This document shows positions 31,518 through 41,013 of a stretch of DNA of 52,514 nucleotides, in pieces. Source of the DNA: Patescibacteria group bacterium (GTDB lineage Bacteria; Patescibacteriota; Patescibacteriia; GWA2-46-9). Position 1 is the first letter of the stretch. Each line of letters begins with the position of its first letter. A model generated the notes under the pieces. It did no database searches, was not told where the DNA came from, and was given only the letters and a program-made list of their open reading frames with translations. The position numbers and the translations under genes are program-made. The DNA lies in the NCBI GenBank assembly GCA_041675205.1, contig JBAYUF010000002.1, forward strand, positions 134,568 through 187,081. Reading direction: 5' to 3'.

Positions 31518-32507
31518 ATGCTATACGACCTCTTCACTATTGGCCCAGCCGGCCTTGATACACTGGTCAATATCGATGACGCTGACGTGCACTGCAGTAT
31601 AAATACGCAGTTGTGCCAAGTGTGCTTACGGTACGGTGACAAGATTATTGCCAAAGGTATTACAACAAAAACGGCCTACAATGGCATGAATAATGCGGTT
31701 GGCGGCGCACGACTGGGTATGAAAACAACGATGTACTGCGTGGTTGGGGATGACGATAATGGACAACGCATTCTGCGCACTCTGCGCAAGGAAACGGTTT
31801 CGCCACGGTATGTGCAAGTTGCTCGAAATCGTTCTACGAATGCATCAGTGGTTATTGATTATCATGCAGAACGGACCATTCTCGTACACCATGGAGCAGA
31901 AGATCGTTTTGATTTTCCTAAAAAGCCACCAGAAGCACACTGGGTGTATCTAACTTCTTTTGGTGGCCCGTATCAGTCCCTCTATCGCCAGGTTGTTCGT
32001 TACTTGGCCGCCCATCCAAAAACAAAGCTTGGTTTTAATCCAGGAAGTTTTCAATTAAAAGATGATGTTAAGCGCTTGCGCCCAATTCTAAAGCGAACGA
32101 CGGCACTGTTCTTAAATCGAGACGAGGCCAGAATTATGACGGGCATTCGTCGCGAGAAGACGGAGCGACAACTACTGAACGGCATGCTGGCACTTGGCGC
32201 GAGTATTGCGGTCATGACAGATGGGCCAGTCGGCTCATTCGCAACTGATGGTCGTTCCTATTGGCAGCTTGGCATTTACCCTTCGCCAGTGATAGAGCGT
32301 ACTGGTTGTGGAGATAGTTTCGCCAGCGGATTTATGGCTGCGCTCCATTATAAGCAGTCAATGGTCGAAGCAATGCGGTGGGGAACGTTGAATGCCGCTG
32401 GCGTGCTGCAGCATATTGGTCCGCAAGATGGTTTGCTAACATTGTCGACGATGCGTCGGCAGGTCCAAAAAACGAAGCGGTCATTGCAGCCTCGGATACT
32501 GAAGTAG
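31518..32507 (+). CDS. PfkB-family carbohydrate kinase
   Basis: VGDDDNG, NPGS.QL, TDGPVGS, ERTGCGDSFASG. Confidence 0.88.
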   Translation: MLYDLFTIGPAGLDTLVNIDDADVHCSINTQLCQVCLRYGDKIIAKGITTKTAYNGMNNAVGGARLGMKTTMYCVVGDDDNGQRILRTLRKETVSPRYVQVARNRSTNASVVIDYHAERTILVHHGAEDRFDFPKKPPEAHWVYLTSFGGPYQSLYRQVVRYLAAHPKTKLGFNPGSFQLKDDVKRLRPILKRTTALFLNRDEARIMTGIRREKTERQLLNGMLALGASIAVMTDGPVGSFATDGRSYWQLGIYPSPVIERTGCGDSFASGFMAALHYKQSMVEAMRWGTLNAAGVLQHIGPQDGLLTLSTMRRQVQKTKRSLQPRILK

Positions 32508-32510
32508 CGT

Positions 32511-33020
32511 ATGAGGGGTAATTTTTTTCGTCAGGTTGATTGGTCGACCACGGTATCTATAAGGACGGTTGGCGTCGCACTTACTGCTGTCGTTGTTATT
32601 GCGGCAGCAGCATTCATCACTGCCGACACGATTTTCCGTTCGGCCAATACCGTTGTGAGTAGTAACGTGGCAACTGAAGCGTCTGTAGTTACTAGTGAAG
32701 GGTACAAATTTTCATTACCAATTACGTGGCAGGAAAATAAAAATAACGAGTTGGGTGAATACATCTTCGAGAATAATGGGCACACCATTCGTATTCGTAC
32801 AATTGAGACCGTTACGACAACAACATTAATTCCGGCACCAGCCACGCCAGTTGTCCTACAAAATAGTGTTATGGCCGATCGGTATCGAGATTATGACCCA
32901 GCGACTGGAAAAGCAATGGATCGAGTGATTATTCCCCGAACTGGTGGTAGTTTTGTTGAAGTGAGTGGCTATGGTCCCATTTTTGAACGTCTGTTAGATT
33001 CGTTTACTTTCGTCAATTAA
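32511..33020 (+). CDS. Hypothetical membrane-anchored protein
   Basis: N-terminal TM helix followed by a soluble domain. Confidence 0.65.
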   Translation: MRGNFFRQVDWSTTVSIRTVGVALTAVVVIAAAAFITADTIFRSANTVVSSNVATEASVVTSEGYKFSLPITWQENKNNELGEYIFENNGHTIRIRTIETVTTTTLIPAPATPVVLQNSVMADRYRDYDPATGKAMDRVIIPRTGGSFVEVSGYGPIFERLLDSFTFVN

Positions 33021-33028
33021 CATTTGCT

Positions 33029-33907
33029 ATGCAAAAACTTTCCGAAGTTTTTACTCAAGCAGTTGCGGAAAGGTGGGCTATACCGCATTTCAATATCTCT
33101 GATTTAGGAATGCTCAATGCCATTGCTGTCAAAGCGGCGGAATTGCGGGCGCCCGTTATGATTGGTGTGTCTGAAGGCGAACGTGCCGTTATTCGTGATG
33201 GTATTGCGGTGGCCATGGTGGCAGCGGCCGCCAAAACGTTCGGGGCGAGTTTGTACCTAAACGCGGACCATGCTAGAAGTCCCGAAAGCGCCATTGAAGC
33301 AATCACTGCCGGTTTTCAATCGGTTCACATTGATCTCTCTAAAGAGTCAGATGAAACAAATATTGCCGGTGTTTTGCAGGTAGTGGAAGCGGCTCGGGCC
33401 GCGGGAGACGTGATGGTGGAGGGAGAAATTGGCTACCTCGTGACCGATTCTTCGACCATTTATACTGAAGCTGTCGTTGTACCAGAGGAGAGCTTAGCCT
33501 CAGTAGAGCGAGCGGTGAATTTCATTCAGGCAACGAAGGTTGATCGCTTAGCCGCAGCGGTTGGCACCATTCATGGCATGGTCGTTAAAGATAATCTTGC
33601 GAAGGACAATGTGAACGTTGAGCGCGTCGGTCTAATTCATAGTGCGATCCCAACCGTACCGCTCGTCCTGCATGGTGGTGCCGGTGTGCCTTTTGATGCC
33701 GTGGCCGAGGCGGTCAAAGCTGGTATAGCAAACGTTCATTTTAGTACTGACTTACGGATCGCCTATATAACGGCCTTGCGTGCGTCGCTTGCCGGTGCGC
33801 CTGAAGAAATCATTCCGTACAAACTCTTCAAGCCGGCCGGTAGTGCGCTGCAGGAAGTTGTACGGGAACGCATTTTGTTGTGTGGTGCGGCTGGCAAAAT
33901 TATTTGA
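33029..33907 (+). CDS. fba: Class II fructose-bisphosphate aldolase
   Basis: HFN, NADHA, VEGEIG, AVGTIHG, PLVLHGG.G. Confidence 0.9.
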   Translation: MQKLSEVFTQAVAERWAIPHFNISDLGMLNAIAVKAAELRAPVMIGVSEGERAVIRDGIAVAMVAAAAKTFGASLYLNADHARSPESAIEAITAGFQSVHIDLSKESDETNIAGVLQVVEAARAAGDVMVEGEIGYLVTDSSTIYTEAVVVPEESLASVERAVNFIQATKVDRLAAAVGTIHGMVVKDNLAKDNVNVERVGLIHSAIPTVPLVLHGGAGVPFDAVAEAVKAGIANVHFSTDLRIAYITALRASLAGAPEEIIPYKLFKPAGSALQEVVRERILLCGAAGKII

Positions 33908-33912
33908 TCTGT

Positions 33913-34509
33913 ATGTTTAGACGACTACTCGGGCCAATCGTAATACTTGCTATCGTATTAGTCGGCGTTGTCTATAGCTGGAATAAACTTCCTTGGCTGC
34001 GTGATAGTACTGAAAAAGAGACTGAAATTGTCGAAGTAATCGTTCCGGAACCTGAGGCGCCAAAAACATATGCGACCGCTCCTGAGGTTGACTACTTGGC
34101 GCCAGATTTTGCCTTACCGAGAATCGGTAATGGCGACGAACGACTTAGTCAGTTTGTTGGTCGGCCAATTATTCTCACCTTCTGGAGAACTGATTGCCCG
34201 TTTTGCGTAAGTCAATTGGCGACGTTCAATATTACGGCACTATTATCCTCGAAGCCGGTCGTCGTATTGGCGGTAAACAGGGGACAGCCAATTGAGGCAG
34301 TGGTTAATTGGAGGCAATCACGAGAGCCATTCCCTGCGGTACGGCTTTTTGTTGATACAAATGAGGAAGTATCGAATCTTTATAAAGCAACTGAGCTGCC
34401 AGTAACGTTTTTTATTGATGCCACTGGAGTTATCCGAAGTCGATTTACTGGCGAACTAGCGTTTGATCAAGTTCGTGAAGCCCTTGGCCAGCTTACGGCA
34501 GAGCCGTAG
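33913..34509 (+). CDS. TlpA-like thioredoxin-fold protein with N-terminal membrane anchor
   Basis: APDFALP, FWRTDCPFC, LPVTFFIDATG; ATG 33913. Confidence 0.85.
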   Translation: MFRRLLGPIVILAIVLVGVVYSWNKLPWLRDSTEKETEIVEVIVPEPEAPKTYATAPEVDYLAPDFALPRIGNGDERLSQFVGRPIILTFWRTDCPFCVSQLATFNITALLSSKPVVVLAVNRGQPIEAVVNWRQSREPFPAVRLFVDTNEEVSNLYKATELPVTFFIDATGVIRSRFTGELAFDQVREALGQLTAEP

Positions 34510-34647
34510 AGTGCAAAATACCCGGTCGCTTGGTTATCCACCGCGTCTTGTGGGGTTGGATGATTGTCCCACTGTGCTATACTGGCAAACACTGTTTTTC
34601 TCCCAGTAAATAAAGTTTTTTGACTCACAGCAGTTTGTTGCGTTTTC

Positions 34648-34702
34648 TTGACCCTAACAATATCTTGTGGTATTTTTTGTTAAGCACCACTAGATGTAGA
34701 CA
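34648..34702 (+). promoter_or_regulatory. nrdJ promoter with two tandem NrdR boxes
   Basis: taaCAATATCTTGtgg (34655-70) and ccaCTAGATGTAGaca (34687-702), 32 bp apart, matching the acaCwAtATaTwGtg consensus and overlapping a TTGACC-17-TATTTT promoter. Confidence 0.75.
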
Positions 34703-34784
34703 ATTCAGCCTCGCATCGCCGTACTGTACAGAGGTGTCCCTCCATTGTTTGCTTTGTTAATTGCTAACCTTACCTTGCCAGGTT

Positions 34785-37589
34785 ATGTCAACAACTCGCA
34801 TCGACGCATCGCTCCGTGCTACTCCTAGGTCTTCAGTCGTTAGCGAGGATGAAGGGTATCGAATAGAACATTTTTTTACAAAACCAGGAGTGCATCCGTA
34901 TGATGAGATTGTTTGGGAGCAACGGACAGCGAGTATAGCAAGTAGTGGCGGGCAAGTTGTTTTTGAACAAAAGGACGTCGAGATTCCAGATTTTTGGTCG
35001 CAGTTGGCCACGAATGTTGTTGTTTCAAAATATTTCCGTGGGCAAAACGGTACACCGCAGCGGGAACGCAGTGTTAAACAATTGGTGAGCCGAGTGGCCG
35101 ACACTATTACTGAGTGGGGAAAAACTGGTGGGTATCTTCGCGATGAAGAGGCTCCCATTTTTAATGCTGAGCTTGCGCACCTGCTTGTGTATCAGAAGGC
35201 AGCATTCAATTCACCAGTCTGGTTTAATGTTGGCGTCCGAGAGAAACCGCAGTGCTCGGCCTGCTTCATTCTTTCGGTCGAAGACACAATGGAGTCGATT
35301 CTTGATTGGATCAAGAAAGAGGGGATGATTTTTAAGCACGGTTCTGGTTCGGGTATAAATCTTTCCACTTTGCGATCTTCAAAAGAACGATTGTCGCTTG
35401 GCGGCACAGCGTCTGGTCCGGTTTCGTTCATGCGCGGCGCTGATGCCTCGGCCGGTGCCATTAAGTCAGGCGGGACAACGCGACGGGCAGCTAAGATGGT
35501 GGTTTTGAATATTGATCATCCAGACATCGTTGAGTTTGTGCGCAGTAAAGAATTAGAAGAGAAAAAAGCTTGGGCACTTGGCGCCATGGGGTACGACATG
35601 GGGCTAAACGGCGAAGCCTGGCAGTCAATTCAATTTCAGAATGCGAATAATTCTGTGCGTGTTACGGATGAGTTTATGCGCGCCTATGAAGCGGATGGTG
35701 ATTTTTCAACACGGGCCAGCACAACCGGTGAGGCGGTCGAAACATTCAAAGCACGTGACCTTATGAAGATGATTGCTGACGCCGCTTGGGTGTGTGGTGA
35801 TCCAGGTATGCAGTACGACACGACTATCAATGCGTGGCATACCTGTCCAAACACTGGCCGTATTAACGCCTCAAATCCGTGCTCAGAGTACATGCATATT
35901 GATAATTCAGCCTGTAACTTGGCGAGTATCAACCTGTTGAAGTTCGTGCGAACTGATGGCCAGTTTGACGTTATTGGTTTCCGGCGGGCGGTAGAGATTT
36001 TACTTTTGGCGCAAGAGATTATTGTTGGTTTCTCCAGCTATCCAACGCCAGAGATAACGAGAAACGCCATCGATTACCGCCAGCTTGGATTGGGGTACGC
36101 TAACCTTGGTGCATTACTCATGGATCGTGGCCTTCCGTATGACTCTGATGAAGGCCGTTCTTACGCGGCTGCTATTACGGCGCTCATGACTGGCACGGCG
36201 TATGAGATGTCAGCCCGTATTGCTTCTCGGGTTGGACCGTTTGCAGGCTTCATGAAGAACCGTGAGCCAATGCTCGGTGTTATCTTAAAGCACCAGGCAG
36301 CTATTCGAGACATTGACGCACCGGCCGTAGCGCAAGACCTCATGGAGGCGGCGTATGAAGTATGGGCGTCGGCGCTCACTTTGGGTGAACAATTTGGTTA
36401 TCGAAATTCCCAGGCCACCGTGCTGGCCCCCACCGGTACCATCGCCTTCATGATGGATTGCGACACCACTGGTGTTGAGCCGGACATTGCCCTTGTTAAA
36501 TACAAGACACTCGTTGGTGGCGGCATGATGAAAATTGTGAACCGCACCTTACCTGCGGGACTCAGACGACTCGGGTACAGCGAAGAACAAATAAAAGAAA
36601 TGGTTGAGTATGTAAACGAGCAAGAAACTATTGAAGGTGCGCCGTACTTGAAGGAAGCAGACCTCGCCGTATTCGATTGTGCCTTTAAGCCCGTGAACGG
36701 AGAGCGTTCCATTCACTACCAGGGTCACATTAAGATGATGGGTGCCGTACAGCCGTTTATTTCTGGTGCCATATCGAAGACGGTGAACATTCCAGAGACG
36801 AGCACTTCCGAAGAGATTGCTGAAATGTACTACGAGGCATGGAAATTAGGAGTGAAGGCGCTCGCTATTTATCGCGATGGTTCAAAGAAGACGCAGCCTT
36901 TGAATACGGGCAAAAAGAAAGAAGCAGCACAAACAGTATCTATTGAGGCAGATGTGTCCGTTTCTGTAACCGAGGACCCCTCACTTCGTCGTCACAAGCT
37001 TAAGGATACTCGTCGGGCAGTAACGCATAAATTCACCATTGCTGGTCACGAAGGGTATGTCACTGTTGGCCTGTACGATGACGGTCAACCAGGGGAAGTC
37101 TTCCTTACCATGAATAAAGAAGGCTCCACTATTTCTGGGCTGATGGATGCCTTCGCCACCATGGTTTCCGTTTCCTTGCAGTATGGCGTGCCGCTAAAAG
37201 ACCTCGTTCGTAAGTTCAGCCATATGCGGTTTGAGCCATCAGGATTTACCAGAAATGAGGACATTCCTATTGCTAAATCCGTCATCGATTACATCTTCCG
37301 GTGGCTTGGTATGAATTTTCTTTCAGCTGCTGATCAAGTTGAAGCCGGTCTAACCGCACAGCCAACAGCGGCAACTGAAGTTGTCGGGGAAATGAAGACC
37401 GCTATACTTCCGCAAACGAAAGCAGTACCAGTAATGCAGGACACGAGCGGGCAAGTGGTTATCAACGAACACTTTACGGTTCGAGTACAGGGAGATGCGC
37501 CAACCTGCGCTGACTGCGGCAGTTTAATGGTGCGTAATGGTGCTTGCTACAAGTGTTGGAACTGCGGGTCAACTTCCGGCTGTTCTTAG
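34785..37589 (+). CDS. nrdJ: Class II (adenosylcobalamin-dependent) ribonucleotide reductase with fused TSCPD domain and Zn ribbon
   Basis: FNSPVWFN, QCSACFI, ASNPCSEY..ACNLAS, APTGTI, GAISKTVN, YRDGSK, C-terminal CADC..CWNC; ATG 34785. Confidence 0.96.
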   Translation: MSTTRIDASLRATPRSSVVSEDEGYRIEHFFTKPGVHPYDEIVWEQRTASIASSGGQVVFEQKDVEIPDFWSQLATNVVVSKYFRGQNGTPQRERSVKQLVSRVADTITEWGKTGGYLRDEEAPIFNAELAHLLVYQKAAFNSPVWFNVGVREKPQCSACFILSVEDTMESILDWIKKEGMIFKHGSGSGINLSTLRSSKERLSLGGTASGPVSFMRGADASAGAIKSGGTTRRAAKMVVLNIDHPDIVEFVRSKELEEKKAWALGAMGYDMGLNGEAWQSIQFQNANNSVRVTDEFMRAYEADGDFSTRASTTGEAVETFKARDLMKMIADAAWVCGDPGMQYDTTINAWHTCPNTGRINASNPCSEYMHIDNSACNLASINLLKFVRTDGQFDVIGFRRAVEILLLAQEIIVGFSSYPTPEITRNAIDYRQLGLGYANLGALLMDRGLPYDSDEGRSYAAAITALMTGTAYEMSARIASRVGPFAGFMKNREPMLGVILKHQAAIRDIDAPAVAQDLMEAAYEVWASALTLGEQFGYRNSQATVLAPTGTIAFMMDCDTTGVEPDIALVKYKTLVGGGMMKIVNRTLPAGLRRLGYSEEQIKEMVEYVNEQETIEGAPYLKEADLAVFDCAFKPVNGERSIHYQGHIKMMGAVQPFISGAISKTVNIPETSTSEEIAEMYYEAWKLGVKALAIYRDGSKKTQPLNTGKKKEAAQTVSIEADVSVSVTEDPSLRRHKLKDTRRAVTHKFTIAGHEGYVTVGLYDDGQPGEVFLTMNKEGSTISGLMDAFATMVSVSLQYGVPLKDLVRKFSHMRFEPSGFTRNEDIPIAKSVIDYIFRWLGMNFLSAADQVEAGLTAQPTAATEVVGEMKTAILPQTKAVPVMQDTSGQVVINEHFTVRVQGDAPTCADCGSLMVRNGACYKCWNCGSTSGCS

Positions 37590-37699
37590 GATTCATTCAT
37601 TAGTTCTACGCTCCTATAAAAAGCGGCCCCCCAGTGTCAGTTCTGGGTGGGCCGCGGGACGGGTCGTGTGGAGAATGTTTCCGTTTCCGGAGGGGCGAC

Positions 37700-37990
37700 T
37701 TAGTCGCTGCCTTTCGGAAGGACCGTCACCTGCCCGTTGGCGGTGATCGCGACCCGGATTGAAGCGTAGTCGTCGTCGCTACTCTCGTCGAGGTCGGGCA
37801 CGCGGACATTCGCGTACAGATGGTCCGATCCGCACCCCGGTGCCATCTCGATTTGAGTGACGACACCTTCGTAGATGCCACCATCGATCGACACCGCTAC
37901 CTTCAGACCCTCGAGTAGCATGGTGATTGCCACGATGGTCAGGGATGGTCCCTGAATCAGTGTGGCCGTAGATACCTTTAAATTGCTCAT
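37700..37990 (-). CDS. Hypothetical protein (GC-rich)
   Basis: 96-aa ORF followed by a minus-strand terminator hairpin at ~37618-37655. Confidence 0.6.
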   Translation of the reverse strand: MSNLKVSTATLIQGPSLTIVAITMLLEGLKVAVSIDGGIYEGVVTQIEMAPGCGSDHLYANVRVPDLDESSDDDYASIRVAITANGQVTVLPKGSD

Positions 37991-38113
37991 GGACTTTTTT
38001 CCTCCGCTCCGTTGTATTGTGGGACCATACTTTATTACTACGATGTTTTCAAATAGTCAATGTTAGAAGGTGTCATGAGATGCCTCAGTGAAATATTTTG
38101 GTAACATACAGTA

Positions 38114-38344
38114 ATGAAAGATAAAGGCATTGAACCAAAGGAATACTCGCAGTTTTCTGCTCCAGAGCAGGCACCCGAAACAGCCACTAATATGGAGGTA
38201 GCGTTATTTTATATGGAACACATCACGCGTCCTTGTGAAGTTGAGGTGGCGCCGGGGCAAGTGGAAAATATTAGAGAATTTTATATTAGATTAGCGAAAG
38301 GATATATTCCTAAAATGACCAATGCCTTCGCAAAAAAATGTTAG
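38114..38344 (+). CDS. Hypothetical protein (AT-rich)
   Basis: 76-aa ORF, no recognised motif. Confidence 0.5.
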   Translation: MKDKGIEPKEYSQFSAPEQAPETATNMEVALFYMEHITRPCEVEVAPGQVENIREFYIRLAKGYIPKMTNAFAKKC

Positions 38345-38479
38345 AGGAAAAAATTAAAGAGTACGAATAATATTGTGAAAACTGCCGCAATAAACACTCA
38401 TTTGAAATAGTATTCTCAGAGAGACGCCTCGGCAGGGAAGCCGGGGCGTCAGGTCTCTCTCCTCATTGTTGCCGCCCTC

Positions 38480-38719
38480 TCAGGCGGCTTGTTTGCGAAG
38501 AACCACACAGGTGGTCCACAGAAGAAACTTCCTGCAGGCTTCCCATTGCTGTCCTCGCCGGAGTTCGTCTTCGGCGACGGGTTCGCCGGTCGCAGCGTAA
38601 AAAACAGCGCCGCAATGGCTGCATCGAGATACCCCGCTAATCTCGATGAGGTGCCCGATGGCGTCGCATTTGGTACACGTGCCGCTGCCTCCACCGTTCC
38701 GGTAACCTAAACCATTCAT
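38480..38719 (-). CDS. Small putative Zn-ribbon protein
   Basis: CTKC...CSHC pair in 79 aa. Confidence 0.55.
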   Translation of the reverse strand: MNGLGYRNGGGSGTCTKCDAIGHLIEISGVSRCSHCGAVFYAATGEPVAEDELRRGQQWEACRKFLLWTTCVVLRKQAA

Positions 38720-38795
38720 AGGGACACTCCTTGGCTGCTTTGCTTGGTCGTAGTTCCGTACTTTTTAGTGTAATCTTAATTGAACAAAGTACAAT

Positions 38796-39404
38796 ATGGG
38801 CAAAAAATATCCACCCACTCCACCCGTCACTATTCCCGAAAAGCACGGTCTTTTTATGATTTACGAGGGACGAGGTAAAGGGAAGACTACGGCCGCTATT
38901 GGTATGGCCGTTCGGGCGCTCGGCACCGGCATGAATGTTTTCATCATTCATTTTATTAAGGGCGAATGGCCAAACGGTGAGCGAGACTTTTTTGCCGCCT
39001 ATGGCGAGCTACTACCGCTGTACAAAGGAAGCAAGAAACTTGGTCACGTTCATGTCGAGTCCTCCGGCAAGGGTTTTGTTAAAATTTTAGGAGATAAGAA
39101 GCCGATGCGTGTGCATAAAGACGCCGCCAAGCGTGGCCTAGCACGCGCTAAGCGTGCCCTGAAGAGTGGTGACTACCAGCTCATCGTTATGGATGAAGCA
39201 ATAAGTGCCATAGAAGAAAAGTTAATCACCGTGCAAGACCTTCTCGCAGTTTTGAAGGTTAAGCCGCCACTTACGCACCTTGTTATGACTGGGCATTTTG
39301 CGCCAAAGGCATTAGTTGCAAAAGCGGACTTGGTGAGCCGAGTCGATATGGTGAAGCATCCGTACTATAAAGGCATTTTGGCACAGAAAGGTATAGATTT
39401 TTAA
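38796..39404 (+). CDS. cobO: Cob(I)yrinic acid a,c-diamide adenosyltransferase (CobO/BtuR)
   Basis: YEGRGKGKTTAAIGMAVRALG, FIKG, MDEA, LVMTG, MVKHPY..GI.AQKGIDF. Confidence 0.92.
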   Translation: MGKKYPPTPPVTIPEKHGLFMIYEGRGKGKTTAAIGMAVRALGTGMNVFIIHFIKGEWPNGERDFFAAYGELLPLYKGSKKLGHVHVESSGKGFVKILGDKKPMRVHKDAAKRGLARAKRALKSGDYQLIVMDEAISAIEEKLITVQDLLAVLKVKPPLTHLVMTGHFAPKALVAKADLVSRVDMVKHPYYKGILAQKGIDF

Positions 39405-39455
39405 GGTGCGGCCTCTGAACTTTTTTTTCGAACCAGCCATGCTACACTTACGCGT

Positions 39456-40463
39456 ATGAAGGTAAATTCTCGACAATTCTTCTTCTTTGCTATGCTTTTC
39501 GGTGCGGCCAGTTTGGTATTCGCGCTTTTTTTCCCGTATCTACAACCACTGGCGATTGCGGCAGCGTTGGCAGTTGTTTTTCGGCCAGTCCATCGTAAGT
39601 TACAGAGTTATGTTGGTGCGCCAAATGGTGCCGCCGCTTTTTTGACCGTGGTTATTTCTGTGGGGCTTGTCCTTGTGCCACTCCTCATTTTGGGGAGTCT
39701 TGTTTTTTTGGAAGCCAGAGGTCTCGTGACCTATTTGCGACTTGGTGGTTACGGTGGTGTAGAGGATGACATTGTAGATATCCTGTCACGGTACATGCCA
39801 GGGCTTCGTAGTAATTTGGCCAGCTACGTCCAAGACATTGGGCTTAGTGTGGCTGGTAATGTGCGGGGTGTTTTGTCTGGTACTGTGTCGGCACTTTTTA
39901 ACTTCGCGCTTAGTGCCATTGCCTTTTTTTATATATTGAAAGATGGTGACCGATTTGCGGCGGCATTTGCAAAAGTGAGCCCATTTAAAGAAGAACGAGA
40001 TTATCAAATACTCGACAGGCTTGAAACAGCGGTGAATGCTGTCGTTACCGGCACTGTGGTTGTTGCCGTTGCGCAAGGCGTATTGGCCGGAATTGGTTTT
40101 GCGATTTTTGGTATCCCAAGTCCGGCACTGTGGGGTGGGGTAGCCATTTTTGCGGCACTTATTCCGGGCATTGGTACCTCACTCGTCGTTGTTCCCGCTG
40201 TGCTTTACCTGTTGTATGCTGGTTCACCAATCATGGCGCTTGCCTTACTTGCCTGGGGGGCGGTTCTCGTTGGGTTAATTGATAATATTCTTCGGCCTTG
40301 GCTGATTGGTCGCAGTTTTAATATCCATCCATTTTTGGTGCTGTTATCAGTCTTCGGTGGGCTACAACTTTTCGGACCGTTAGGCATTATTCTTGGGCCA
40401 ATTTCGCTCGCCTTACTCATAGTGTTGCTCGATCTTTCGGACCACTATCTTGACGGAGAGTAA
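39456..40463 (+). CDS. AI-2E family transporter
   Basis: AQGVLAGIGF, IPGIGT, DNILRP, HPFLVLLSVFGG..FG.LGIILGP. Confidence 0.9.
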   Translation: MKVNSRQFFFFAMLFGAASLVFALFFPYLQPLAIAAALAVVFRPVHRKLQSYVGAPNGAAAFLTVVISVGLVLVPLLILGSLVFLEARGLVTYLRLGGYGGVEDDIVDILSRYMPGLRSNLASYVQDIGLSVAGNVRGVLSGTVSALFNFALSAIAFFYILKDGDRFAAAFAKVSPFKEERDYQILDRLETAVNAVVTGTVVVAVAQGVLAGIGFAIFGIPSPALWGGVAIFAALIPGIGTSLVVVPAVLYLLYAGSPIMALALLAWGAVLVGLIDNILRPWLIGRSFNIHPFLVLLSVFGGLQLFGPLGIILGPISLALLIVLLDLSDHYLDGE

Positions 40464-40566
40464 GGTGAGTAAATATTTCGGTTTGGCCCCAATTTTGCAC
40501 TAGACACCTTTCTACAATTTGTTATACTCGTTTGACCGATAACATTTCGGTCGTTCTTTTCTAAAA

Positions 40567-40645
40567 AGTAACGTTCGTAGGGAAGAGGGAGCAATCCCCA
40601 CAGACCCGCTACGGTAGCCAGTCCGGCCACACTACGAATTTTACT
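40567..40645 (+). ncRNA. Minimal cobalamin-riboswitch-like aptamer
   Basis: AGGGAA-GAGGG-AGCAAU-CCCC-ACAG-ACCCGCU-ACGGUA-GCCAG-UCCGGCC follows the order of the cobalamin core; closed by ttcgtag/ctacgaa; promoter-like TAGACA-16-TATACT upstream and terminator at 40716-40737. Confidence 0.5.
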
Positions 40646-41013
40646 CAAGTGAGTTCTTAACTCTCCGAGGATCGAGAGCGTGGAAAAAAAGGTCGCACTT
40701 CGTGCGTACCCGTTTCCGCGTCTTCACGCGGTTTTTTCATTACTGCGGCTCTTCGAGTTGTGAATTCACACCTGGATATGGTGACTTTTGTGCGCCTTGC
40801 GCCTTGATAGGCGCAGCTGCGCCTAGGTCACCGAAATTTGGCAGCGGGTGAATCATTAAATCCCGCACACCACTATCCAGAAAGAGGCCCCTTCTAGCAC
40901 ACCCACCCACCCACCTTTCCTTTCTTTTCTTTCTTTTCTTTTAGTGCGTATGGGGTCTTCTTTCTTTTCTAACGTTTTTCAATACGTTTAAGCGAGTCTT
41001 GTCGTTTACGAAA

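Noticed and set aside
34785-37589. Intein or intron in nrdJ (or rpoC)
   Set aside because: Catalytic motifs are contiguous, lengths are normal, and no C1...HN splice motifs are seen.
38418-38460. SRP-RNA-like hairpin
   Set aside because: No GNAA tetraloop with the CAGG/AGCA internal loop; more simply a terminator between convergent small ORFs.
40575-40640. c-di-GMP-I riboswitch reading of the same element
   Set aside because: It lacks the GCAAA..GACGCAAAGC core; the cobalamin core fits better.
40560-40895. tmRNA, RNase P RNA, SRP or 6S assignment (minus strand reads GGGGCCTCTTTCTGGAT)
   Set aside because: No T-arm/CCA 3' end for tmRNA, no GAGGAAAGUCC or matching P4 partner, no SRP helix-8 motif, and no single long 6S-like rod.
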